The translations under genes were made by a program, and so were the position numbers. This document shows positions 44,737-53,007 of a stretch of 57,575 nucleotides of DNA, piece after piece. The stretch's first letter is position 1. Each line of letters begins with the position of its first letter. This stretch comes from Acidimicrobiales bacterium (GTDB taxonomy: Bacteria > Actinomycetota > Acidimicrobiia > Acidimicrobiales > CADCSY01), in contig JBBDQT010000001.1 of the NCBI GenBank assembly GCA_040905815.1, forward strand, positions 1 to 57,575. Reading direction: 5' to 3'. Below the pieces are notes generated by a model, which ran no database searches, was not told the origin of the DNA, and worked only from the letters and a program-made list of their open reading frames with translations.

Positions 44737-44958
44737 GACCGGGACCCGCGGGTGGGCAGCGACGAGAGCAGCATGGGGGGCATGTCTGTCCTTAAGGGCG
44801 ACTGCCGGTCCGTGGCAACCAGGCGAGCGATCCGTGCTCGCCAAGGTCTTCGGCGCCGTCGCTGGGGCACCTGAAGACAACGGAACCACAACTCTGACGA
44901 TGAGGACGACAGGGCGCAGCACGACCGACCTCGGCCGTCGCTCAAGGCGGCACCACCC

Positions 44959-46326
44959 ATGGCCGAAGATCGCTTCACGTTCACCGGTGACGGAGGCCCC
45001 ATGCTCGACGACGCCCTTTCGGGGATCTCCCCGGAGCTCTTCCTCGTGGCGACGACGGAGCACCTCCTCGGCCTGGACAGCACCGCGCGGTGCCGACTGG
45101 TCCACTCCGGCGCAGGCCTCTACTACGGTCTCGCCCAGGACGACCGCCACGTGTACGTGGCGTGCCGGCACGAGACAGTCGGCCACGACGACGCCAGCTC
45201 GCGGGCCCAGCAGACCGGCAGCATCCTGGTGCTCGACATCACGTCCTTGGAGGTCGTGGACGAGATCGAGCCTCCCTTCCCGCTCCGCGACGTCCACGGG
45301 ATGAGCTGCTTCGACGGCTGTCTCTGGGTCACGTGCTCGTACGACAACATGGTCGCCGTCTTCGATCTCGATCTGCGGTCATGGGAGCGGTGGTACCCAG
45401 CGGTGGACACGAGGGCGCAAGGTTCTGACGTGAACCACTTCAACTCCATCGCGCCGATCGACGACGGCCGTGTCGTGGTGGTCGCCCACAACAACGGGCT
45501 GAGCCACCTCCAGGTCCACGACCGGCGTTCGCTGGAGCTGCTCTCCGTCGCGCCGTTGGGCAACCAGGCACACGACGTGTTCTTCGTCGACGGCTCGATC
45601 GGCACGTGCAGCTCTGGTGACGGCCAGCTCATCTCGGCCGCCGGGTGGCAACTTCGCACTGGCGGGTTCCCCCGCGGTGTCGCCTACGGGACCGACCGGA
45701 CACTGGTGGGCGTCTCCCCCCGCGCCTCGAGGACGGAGCGCCACATGCAGTCGCCCCTCGTTCGGGTATTCACGCGCTCGTGGGTGCGCGTGGCCGATGT
45801 CGTCCTCCCCGGGGCAGGAATGGTCCTCGCCATCGCTCGCATGCCGGCGCGGACGCGCCCCGTCGGCCTCCCTGCCTGGCCCAACGCGGTCGTCTCCGCC
45901 GTGCGGGGCAGCCCGATCCGGGACGGGGACGCCTACGACGTCGCTGACGGCGCGTGTTCGGCGCTGGTGGCGTCGGAGTGGCACGAAGCACGGGAAGCGC
46001 ACCGTTGGACCGCCGCCCGACATGCGCGGATGGCGATCGTGGTGAACCCCGGCGACACGACGCTGGCGGTCTCGGCGACGAGCCACTACCCGGGTGCGTA
46101 CGGGGCCACGCTGCACCTCGACGGGAGGCTTGTCGGCGAGATCGGATGGGCGCGCCCGGCCGCGCGGCACGAGCGGTTCAGCCTCCCCGAGGGTGTCGCC
46201 GGGCAGGTCGAGCTCACGATCAGCGTTCCGCACCTGTGGCGACGGTCGGATCGGCTCGCCTACAGCTCAGACGACCGTGTGGTGGGCATCGGCATCGCCC
46301 GCATCGCCCTGGAGCAGCGCCGGTGA
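44959..46326 (+). CDS. Hypothetical protein, beta-propeller-like N-terminal two thirds (possibly DUF4915/TIGR03032-related)
   Basis: ORF 44959..46326 (455 aa), divergent from flgB. Repeated beta-strand-like blocks (HVYVACRH, CLWVTCSYDNMVAVFDL, VNHFNSIAPIDDGRVVVVAHNNG). The family guess is weak. Confidence 0.45.
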   Translation: MAEDRFTFTGDGGPMLDDALSGISPELFLVATTEHLLGLDSTARCRLVHSGAGLYYGLAQDDRHVYVACRHETVGHDDASSRAQQTGSILVLDITSLEVVDEIEPPFPLRDVHGMSCFDGCLWVTCSYDNMVAVFDLDLRSWERWYPAVDTRAQGSDVNHFNSIAPIDDGRVVVVAHNNGLSHLQVHDRRSLELLSVAPLGNQAHDVFFVDGSIGTCSSGDGQLISAAGWQLRTGGFPRGVAYGTDRTLVGVSPRASRTERHMQSPLVRVFTRSWVRVADVVLPGAGMVLAIARMPARTRPVGLPAWPNAVVSAVRGSPIRDGDAYDVADGACSALVASEWHEAREAHRWTAARHARMAIVVNPGDTTLAVSATSHYPGAYGATLHLDGRLVGEIGWARPAARHERFSLPEGVAGQVELTISVPHLWRRSDRLAYSSDDRVVGIGIARIALEQRR

Positions 46327-46350
46327 CAGGATGATCGCAAGCGGCTCGAC

Positions 46351-47940
46351 TCAGATCGACATGGCCGGGGCGACGGGGACGGGCTCGCTCCCCACGGGGA
46401 CGAGCGTCACCCGGCCGTCGATGGCGGTGGCTGCCACGCGGTGCTGCGTGCTGCGGACGATGTAGCGAGCAGCCCGCACGGCGATGACCACGCCGGGGCG
46501 GAGGGCCTGGCGGGCCACGACGCGGGGGCGCGAGTCGTCCTCACCGGGTTGGAGGGCCACGATCCGGTCCTTGATGCCGGCGAGCTGTGCCTCGAGCGAG
46601 CTGGCGATGGTGAGCAGCCGCTCGACGGCGCTGCGCCGGTCAGCGGGCAGGGCGGCGAGCGCCTCCGGCCGCTGCCTGAACGGGGCCACGGCGAGCTGCA
46701 CCCGGTCGGCGGTCCGCTCGTGCTCGGCCTGCTCGGCGACGAGCGCCTCGAGGAGCTCGGCGGTGAAGGGGTCGATCCCGACGTTGACGCGGGTGGCGAC
46801 GCCGCCGACGGCTCCGATCTCGCCCGCGACCACCTGGTGGCCGGCCCACGCCGCACCACCGGAGATCCGGTTGCGTGCTCCCTCGAAGACGAGGTCCACG
46901 CCGGCGAGGATCGTGGCCTCGTGGGCCTCGCGCTCGACGTACACGCTGCGCCTGGCCTCGAGGCGGCCGTGGTGCACGGTGCGCACCTTCACGTCACCGG
47001 CGGAGCGCACCACGCTGTGCTCGCCCACCACCGCGCCCCGCACCCACACGAGCGACTCGCTCTGCACCTCGCCGTCCTCGACGTCGCCCATGACCACGAC
47101 CCGGCCGCCGGCGTGGACGCGGAAACCCGGTTGCACCGAGCCCCGGACGACCACGTCGCCGCTGAAGGAGATGGAGCCGGTCTCGAAGTCGACGTCGCCC
47201 GGCACGACGAAGTCAGGCCGCACCGAGACCTTCTCGGCGGTGACCTCGAGGAGGCCGTCGATGGCCGCGTAGAGCCGCCGGCCGTCCTCGCTGACCGTGA
47301 CGTTCTCGCCGGTCGGCAACGTGGCGTCCGCGCCGGGCTCGGCGGGGACGGCCTCGCCCCGCACCGTGCGTCCCGGGGTACCTGCGGTGGGCGCGACCAG
47401 CACGGCGAGGAGCTGGCCGTTCTGGACGTCGGGGATGGTGGCGACGGAGTGGAAGTCGACACCGCCGTCGCGGCGCGCCTGAGGTCGGAACTCCTGGCTG
47501 ACGGTCACCGTGTACTCGACCTGGCCGTCCCGCCCTGGGGCGGGCTCCCAACCGGTCGCGACCAGGTACTCGCCGGGCACGTGCAGGGGCAAGGCGCCGA
47601 GGAGCAGGTGGTCGACGCCGAGCTTCACGCCCGCCTCCGCCAGCGTCACCTCCACGGCGGCGGGCGTGAGCGGGGCGGCCAGCTCACCGGCGGCCGACAC
47701 CTGCAACGTGGCGGTCATGCCCGTGGGGTCCACGACCACGGCCAGCGCGCCGGCTCGGCGCCGGGCGTCGAAGCGGGCGACGGCGCCCGGCTCGCGGCGC
47801 TGCAGGACCACCTCGACGGCTCCGACGTCGAGCTGCTCGTAGCCGGCCGCATCCGCCTCCCGGATGACCTCCTCCATGGCGGTGACGTCCTCGGGCTCGA
47901 CGGTCAGCCACACCTCCTCCCCCCGCTGCTCCCAGTGCAC
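46351..47940 (-). CDS. FapA-family (DUF342) flagellar assembly protein
   Basis: Part of ORF 46351..48174, from GTG 47940 (AGAGGAGG SD). Central beta-helix-like repeats (GDVDFETGSISFSGDVVVRGSVQPGFRVHAGGRVVVMGDVEDGEVQSE...), then a coiled-coil segment and the C-terminal PGVVIAV...ARY pattern typical of DUF342. Confidence 0.75.
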   Translation of the reverse strand: MHWEQRGEEVWLTVEPEDVTAMEEVIREADAAGYEQLDVGAVEVVLQRREPGAVARFDARRRAGALAVVVDPTGMTATLQVSAAGELAAPLTPAAVEVTLAEAGVKLGVDHLLLGALPLHVPGEYLVATGWEPAPGRDGQVEYTVTVSQEFRPQARRDGGVDFHSVATIPDVQNGQLLAVLVAPTAGTPGRTVRGEAVPAEPGADATLPTGENVTVSEDGRRLYAAIDGLLEVTAEKVSVRPDFVVPGDVDFETGSISFSGDVVVRGSVQPGFRVHAGGRVVVMGDVEDGEVQSESLVWVRGAVVGEHSVVRSAGDVKVRTVHHGRLEARRSVYVEREAHEATILAGVDLVFEGARNRISGGAAWAGHQVVAGEIGAVGGVATRVNVGIDPFTAELLEALVAEQAEHERTADRVQLAVAPFRQRPEALAALPADRRSAVERLLTIASSLEAQLAGIKDRIVALQPGEDDSRPRVVARQALRPGVVIAVRAARYIVRSTQHRVAATAIDGRVTLVPVGSEPVPVAPAMSI

Positions 47941-47965
47941 GCGGCCCGCCTCCTCTGACCGGCCG

Positions 47966-48262
47966 CTACAGAGGACGGTCGACGTAGCGCGCGACGGTGG
48001 GCGCCGTCGTCGCCGAGACGAGGCGACGGACGACCTGGACCTCGGGGCCGGCGAGGCTGGCCTCGAGGTGCGCCTGCACCTCGGCGGCCTCCTGCAGGAG
48101 GTCCTCGGCCCTGGCCCGGAGCTCGGCGGGGAGCGGGCCCATCGACGGGGGCGGCGCGAACGGCCCGACGGCATCCGGCTGGCCGGCGTGCAGGGCGGCC
48201 CGCTGGTCTGCGAGCCGGGCGGCGAAGGCGTCGAGGGCGCGCTCCCACGCGGCGAGGCTCAC
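47966..48262 (-). CDS. Hypothetical helical protein in the FliT position (98 aa)
   Basis: GTG 48262 forms a GTGA overlap with the fliS stop. VSLAAWERALDAFAARLADQRAAL...AEDLLQEAAEVQAHLEASL. No sequence-level family call. Confidence 0.4.
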   Translation of the reverse strand: MSLAAWERALDAFAARLADQRAALHAGQPDAVGPFAPPPSMGPLPAELRARAEDLLQEAAEVQAHLEASLAGPEVQVVRRLVSATTAPTVARYVDRPL

Positions 48263-48642
48263 CGGCCGGACTCCAGGGCGGCCTCGTGCCACGCGTCGCG
48301 CAACGGCTCCAGGAGCTCCCGACATGCCGCCACCCTTGCTGCGTCCTTGGCCACGTTGGCAGCGACGAGCTCGGTCACGACGAAGTCGTAGAGGTCGGCG
48401 AGCGCCGGCCCCCCGCTCCAGGCGCCGACGTCGAGGCTGGTCCGCAGCTCCGTGACGATCGCCTGGGCGTGGAGCAGCTGGTTGTGGGCCGCGGCGCCGT
48501 CGCCGTCCACGAGCGCCTGCTCGGCGGCGACCACGTCGCGCACGAGGCGGTCGTAGAGCATGGTGAGCAGGCGGGCGGGCGAGGCCGTGGCCACCGCCTC
48601 GCCCGAGTACCTGGCGCGCAGCGCCTGGGATGTCATGGCCAT
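48259..48642 (-). CDS. fliS: Flagellin-specific chaperone FliS
   Basis: ORF 48259..48642. YSGEAVATASPARLLTMLYDRLVRDV...AQAIVTELRTSLD...LADLYDFVVTELVAAN. Confidence 0.9.
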   Translation of the reverse strand: MAMTSQALRARYSGEAVATASPARLLTMLYDRLVRDVVAAEQALVDGDGAAAHNQLLHAQAIVTELRTSLDVGAWSGGPALADLYDFVVTELVAANVAKDAARVAACRELLEPLRDAWHEAALESGR

Positions 48643-48651
48643 CGTCGCTCC

Positions 48652-50010
48652 CTACCCGTTCGTGTTGGCGTTGAGGCCGGCGAGCTGGCCGGCGAGCCAC
48701 TGGCTCTGGGACTGCGCCTGCCCCAGCGCCCGCTCGAGCGCGCTGAACTGGCGGGTCAGGTTCGTCCGGCGCAGCTCGAGGCGCTGGTCCCAGCTCGCGA
48801 TGTTGGCGTCGAAGCGGGTTCGCTGCCCTTCCCGGGAGCTGATGGCACTGGTCAAGAGGCCGACATCGGTCGTGGTGCTCTGCGCCTTGGTGGCGATCTC
48901 TGCCAGCGCCTCCAGCCGGCCTGCGAGGCCGCCCGCGCCTCCGAGCACGGCCTCGGCGACCGCCGGGTCCTTCTCGTAGGCGGCGGCGAACTTGGCCTCG
49001 TCGAGCTTGATGGTGCCGTCCCGCTCGACGGTGACGCCGAAGTCCGCGGCGCTGTAGGTCGTGGTCCCGACCGTGACGCCGGCGGCGAACTCCTTCAGCA
49101 CCTTCCCCTGCAGGCCCCGCACGAGGGCGTCTCCCACGAGGACGCCACCCTTCTTGGCGGTGACGTCGTAGGACGTGTGCTTCTTGATGTCGGCGAGGAT
49201 GCCGTTGGCATCCCCGACGAGCTTCGCGACCTGGGCGGTCATGGCCTTGGTGTCGCCGGCGACCTCCACGGTCACGGCCGTCGCCGTGGTCTTGAGGGTC
49301 ATGGTGACGCCCTCGAGCAGGTCGCTGAACGTGTTGGACGAGCGGGTCACCGTGTACGGGTTCGTCCCGCCGACCTGGAGCACGGCGTCCTGGGCCTTGG
49401 CGAGCTCCACCACGTCACCGAGCGTCGTCGCCGTGAACGACCCGGCGGCGACCGACACCGAGGTGCCGGCGCCGGTGGTGGTCGACGACAGCTGGAGCTT
49501 GTACGTGCCGGGCGACACCTGGACGGCGGTGGCGGTGACGCCCATCTTCTCGTCGTTGATCGCCTTGACCACGGCACCGAGGCTGCCGTCGCCCACGTTG
49601 ATGCTGCGGGTGTCGGCGCCCTTCGTGACCGAGATCGTGGCGCCGGAGGCGACGACATCGGACAGCGCCGTGGCGCTCCCGGAGGAGATGGCGGAGCCGG
49701 CAACCGCAAGCTGCGTCACGTCGAACGTCAGGCTCGCGGGCGGGGCGCCGGCAGCGGCGGAGACGGCGACGGCAGCCTCGTTGCTCGATGTCGCGGTGGC
49801 GGGCTGCCAGCCGGTGGCGGTGGTCATCGCCGCCGAGGTGGTCTTCATCGCGAGGAACAGGGTGTTGAGGCCCTGGAGGGCGGTGATCGCCAGCTCGTTG
49901 CGGCCGCGGGCCTGCTGGATGCGCACCTGGGGCTGGCGCTCGAGCTGCATCAGCTGGTTGATCAGCTGGGTCGTGTTCAGCCCCGAGATCAGGCCGTCAA
50001 TGGTCGCCAT
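48652..50010 (-). CDS. fliD: Flagellar filament cap protein FliD
   Basis: ORF 48652..50010. MATIDGLISGLNTTQLINQLMQLERQPQVRIQQ ... RRTNLTRQFSALERALGQAQSQSQWLAGQL. Confidence 0.9.
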   Translation of the reverse strand: MATIDGLISGLNTTQLINQLMQLERQPQVRIQQARGRNELAITALQGLNTLFLAMKTTSAAMTTATGWQPATATSSNEAAVAVSAAAGAPPASLTFDVTQLAVAGSAISSGSATALSDVVASGATISVTKGADTRSINVGDGSLGAVVKAINDEKMGVTATAVQVSPGTYKLQLSSTTTGAGTSVSVAAGSFTATTLGDVVELAKAQDAVLQVGGTNPYTVTRSSNTFSDLLEGVTMTLKTTATAVTVEVAGDTKAMTAQVAKLVGDANGILADIKKHTSYDVTAKKGGVLVGDALVRGLQGKVLKEFAAGVTVGTTTYSAADFGVTVERDGTIKLDEAKFAAAYEKDPAVAEAVLGGAGGLAGRLEALAEIATKAQSTTTDVGLLTSAISSREGQRTRFDANIASWDQRLELRRTNLTRQFSALERALGQAQSQSQWLAGQLAGLNANTNG

Positions 50011-50314
50011 GTCGTGTCCTCTTCTCGTTGTGCGCTCGGTGCTGCTCGAGCAGGAAGGCGACCAGGTCGAGCACCTGCTCGGGCGGGACCTGGTGGATCA
50101 CCTCGCCGGTCTCGGTGCTGACGATGCTCGTGATGGTCGCTCCGGTGGCCTCATGGGTGTCGGTGACGATGTCGATCCCGTCCCTCCCCGCCGCCGGTGG
50201 CGTCGTTGGCGCCGGCGTCCCGCCCTCCCCCTCCGGGACCGACGCCGGCACGCGAGGTGCAGCGGCGACGGGCCCGGGGGGCGAGGGTCGGGCGGGGTGG
50301 GACGGGATCTCCAT
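49997..50314 (-). CDS. flaG: FlaG-family flagellar protein
   Basis: Part of ORF 49997..50494, from ATG 50314 (GAGGAG SD). ...ITSIVSTETGEVIHQVPPEQVLDLVAFL matches the FlaG C-terminal motif. Confidence 0.75.
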   Translation of the reverse strand: MEIPSHPARPSPPGPVAAAPRVPASVPEGEGGTPAPTTPPAAGRDGIDIVTDTHEATGATITSIVSTETGEVIHQVPPEQVLDLVAFLLEQHRAHNEKRTRHGDH

Positions 50315-50328
50315 CAGGTGAGCTCCTC

Positions 50329-50355
50329 GGGGGGAGGCGGCGTGCTCCTCCCCCT
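50329..50355 (-). terminator. GC-rich hairpin between the fliC stop and the flaG start (probable partial terminator of the flagellin transcript)
   Basis: The plus strand reads GGGGGGAGG-cggcgtgct-CCTCCCCCT, an 8-9 bp stem that starts 15 nt past the fliC stop on the mRNA strand. Confidence 0.45.
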
Positions 50356-50369
50356 CGACCGGCCTCGTG

Positions 50370-51191
50370 CTACTGGAGGAGCTGCAGGACGCCCTGCGGC
50401 ACCTGGTTGGCCTGGGCGAGCATCGCGGTGCCCGCCTGGGACAGGATCTGCGCCCGGGTGAAGGCCAACATCTCCTTGGCCATGTCGGTGTCACGGATCC
50501 GGGACTCCGAGGCGGCCAGGTTCTCCGACGCCACGTTCAGGTTGTTGATGGTGTGCTCGAGGCGGTTCTGGACGGCACCGAGGTCGGCACGCTGGCCGGA
50601 GACCTGCTCGATCGCGGCGTCGAGCGACGTGATCGCGCTGGATGCGCCGGTCTGGGTGGTGACGTCGATGGCGTCGATCTTGGTGGTGTCGCCGAGGGCG
50701 GTCGCCCGCATGTCGCTGGCGGTCACGTTCAGCGTCTGGCCGGCGTTGGCGCCGATCTGGAGCGTGCCGCTGAAGCTCCCGTCGAGCAACGTCTGGCCGT
50801 TGAACTCGGTGTTGTTGCCGATGCGGGTGAGCTCGGCCTTGAGCGCGTCCACCTCCTTGCCGATCTGCACGCGGTCGTCAGCGGTGTTGGTGTCGTTGGC
50901 GCTCTGGACCGCCAGCTCACGCATGCGCTGGAGGATGGCGTGGCTCTCGTTGAGGGCCCCTTCTGCGGTCTGGATGAGGCTGACGCCGTTCTGGGCGTTG
51001 GCCACCGCGGTGTTCAGGCCCTTGACCTGGCTGCGGAGCTTCTCGGAGATGGCGAGGCCGGCGGCGTCGTCGGCGGCCCGGTTGATGCGGAAGCCGGAGC
51101 TGAGGCGCTCGAGGCTCTTGGACTGCTGGCCCTGGGTCACCGACAGGTTGCGGTAGGCGTTCATGGCCGTGATGTTCTGGTTGATGCGCAT
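50370..51191 (-). CDS. fliC: Flagellin (short, 273 aa)
   Basis: From ATG 51191 (GGAGGAG SD). MRINQNITAMNAYRNLSVTQGQQSKSLERLSSGFRINRAADDAAGLAISEKLRSQ ... TRAQILSQAGTAMLAQANQVPQGVLQLLQ. Confidence 0.95.
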   Translation of the reverse strand: MRINQNITAMNAYRNLSVTQGQQSKSLERLSSGFRINRAADDAAGLAISEKLRSQVKGLNTAVANAQNGVSLIQTAEGALNESHAILQRMRELAVQSANDTNTADDRVQIGKEVDALKAELTRIGNNTEFNGQTLLDGSFSGTLQIGANAGQTLNVTASDMRATALGDTTKIDAIDVTTQTGASSAITSLDAAIEQVSGQRADLGAVQNRLEHTINNLNVASENLAASESRIRDTDMAKEMLAFTRAQILSQAGTAMLAQANQVPQGVLQLLQ

Positions 51192-51265
51192 GGTGGTCTC
51201 CTCCGTGGAAGTTGACGACCCCCGTCCTTGGGAGCCGCTCGGCCGCAGTGTTGCGGACAGCTGGT

Positions 51266-51273
51266 TCATCGGC
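51266..51273 (-). promoter_or_regulatory. Candidate sigma-28 (FliA) -10 element GCCGATGA upstream of fliC
   Basis: The minus strand reads GCCGATGA, 7 of 8 matches to GCCGATAA, about 75 nt upstream of the fliC ATG. I could not find a convincing TAAA -35 at the canonical spacing. Confidence 0.3.
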
Positions 51274-51334
51274 GCACCCGGCCGGGACCTGCGCGAAATC
51301 CTCTGAAGAACTTCGACGCCACCGGTGGTGGTGC

Positions 51335-52996
51335 TCAGGGGCGGCTCGAGCTCCGTTCCAGGGCGGCCGCCAGCTCCCGCAGCTCGGCGGCCTGCTCGGC
51401 TGCGCCGAGCGCCTCCAGCGCGTCTGCCATGAGGCGGCACCGGGCAGGGGTGGACGCGGCGCCGCGCACGAACGACGGCAACGCGGCCGGGGCGATCTGG
51501 TCGAGCTCGTGGAGCAGCGCGTCGAAGCGCCCGGCGGCGACGAGCGCAGCTGCGTCCGCGATGGCGCCGAGCGCTCCCTCGTCGGCGAACGCGCCCACCG
51601 CGATCGCCCCCGCCATGATCCGGCGCTCGGGATCCTCGGCGGGCGCCCCGGCGATGGCGAGCAGCGGGCAGTGGTCCGGCGCGCCGTGCTGGCGGGCGCG
51701 GGCGGACCACTCGAGCGCCCGGTCGAGGCCGAGGTCGACGCCGATGGTCGCGCCGAAGGGCACCAGGGCGCGGGGTGCGGCGCCGGCCTGCCAGAGCGCC
51801 TCGCCGAACGCGTCGGCGGCCTCGACGGGCCGGGTGAGCGCCTGGCCGAGGGCCACCACGAGCAGGTCCGGCGTCACGGCGGCCGCGACCTCGGCCGCGG
51901 CGTCCACCTGGTGGGCAGCCTCGACGAGCGCCGCCCATGCCGGCTCGTGCTCCGACACGAGCGCGACGACGGGGAGCAGGACGTCGATCGCCTCCCGCCA
52001 ACGCTTCTCCGCGAACAGCGCCAGGCCCCGCCTGGCCGCCACGAGGGCGCCCGGCACCTCGTTGCCGTCCTCGTCGCGCGGCTCATCGATCGCGTCGAGG
52101 CACGACAGGGCGCGCTCCACCGCACCGAGCTGGAGGTGGGCGGTGGCCTCGAGGTAGTCGACGATGCCGTGGACGGAGCTGTCGCGCCGGAGCTCGTCCA
52201 ACCAGGCCAGCGCTTCGCGCGGACGGCCGAGAGCGAGCAGGCACTCCGCCCCCGAGCGGAGCACGCGCCGCCGCACGACCGGGTTGGCCACGCCGACGCC
52301 CCGCAACGAGCGCAGGTGCTCGAAGCCCTCCTCGACCCGATCGGCCGCGACGAGGGAGCGGGCGAGGTTCAAGGCGATGGCGGGATCGGCGCCACCGGCG
52401 GCGGCCATCTGCGCCTGCGCGAGCCTGACGTTGCGCTCCAGCTTGGCGCGCCCCCCCTCCCCGCCTCCGGCGTAGCCGACGTGGACGAGGCGGATCCGCT
52501 CGGTCGTGGCCTCGGTGAGGTCGCCGGCGCCGGACGCGGCGACGACCTGCTCGTGCAGTCGGCCGGCCCACCGCCCGCGGGAACGCTGGAACAGCCGACC
52601 GCCCCGGTGGGTGGAGCGGACCGACCGGGCGGGCCCGGCCACGTTGTCGATCGCCACCGACACCACGTCGCTGCGCTCCCGGCGCAGGTCCTCCCGGAGC
52701 CCGGCGAGATCGCCTTGGACGACCTCGTCGGCATCGACGTGGAGCACCCAGCGCCCCCGGCACTGCGAGAGCGCGGCGTTGCGGGCACGGGCGAAGTCGT
52801 CGTCCCAGTAGCCCTCGTGGACCATGGCGCCGGCCGCCCGGGCGATCTCCATCGTGGCGTCGCGTGAACCGGTGTCGGAGACGACGACCTCGTCGGCCAG
52901 CCCCTGCAGGGATGCGAGGCACGCCGGGAGCAGCTCCTCCTCGTCCCGGACGATGAGGCAGGCCGAGAGGAGCGGCGCGGTGCTGTCGGGAGCCAT
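51335..52996 (-). CDS. Family 2 glycosyltransferase fused to C-terminal TPR repeats
   Basis: Part of ORF 51335..53518, from ATG 52996. LSACLIVRDEEELLPACLASL...VVVSDTGSRDAT...VLHVDADE (GT-A DxD), then about 330 aa of TPR-like helical repeats. Confidence 0.8.
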   Translation of the reverse strand: MAPDSTAPLLSACLIVRDEEELLPACLASLQGLADEVVVSDTGSRDATMEIARAAGAMVHEGYWDDDFARARNAALSQCRGRWVLHVDADEVVQGDLAGLREDLRRERSDVVSVAIDNVAGPARSVRSTHRGGRLFQRSRGRWAGRLHEQVVAASGAGDLTEATTERIRLVHVGYAGGGEGGRAKLERNVRLAQAQMAAAGGADPAIALNLARSLVAADRVEEGFEHLRSLRGVGVANPVVRRRVLRSGAECLLALGRPREALAWLDELRRDSSVHGIVDYLEATAHLQLGAVERALSCLDAIDEPRDEDGNEVPGALVAARRGLALFAEKRWREAIDVLLPVVALVSEHEPAWAALVEAAHQVDAAAEVAAAVTPDLLVVALGQALTRPVEAADAFGEALWQAGAAPRALVPFGATIGVDLGLDRALEWSARARQHGAPDHCPLLAIAGAPAEDPERRIMAGAIAVGAFADEGALGAIADAAALVAAGRFDALLHELDQIAPAALPSFVRGAASTPARCRLMADALEALGAAEQAAELRELAAALERSSSRP

Positions 52997-53007
52997 CGTG
53001 CGATCCT

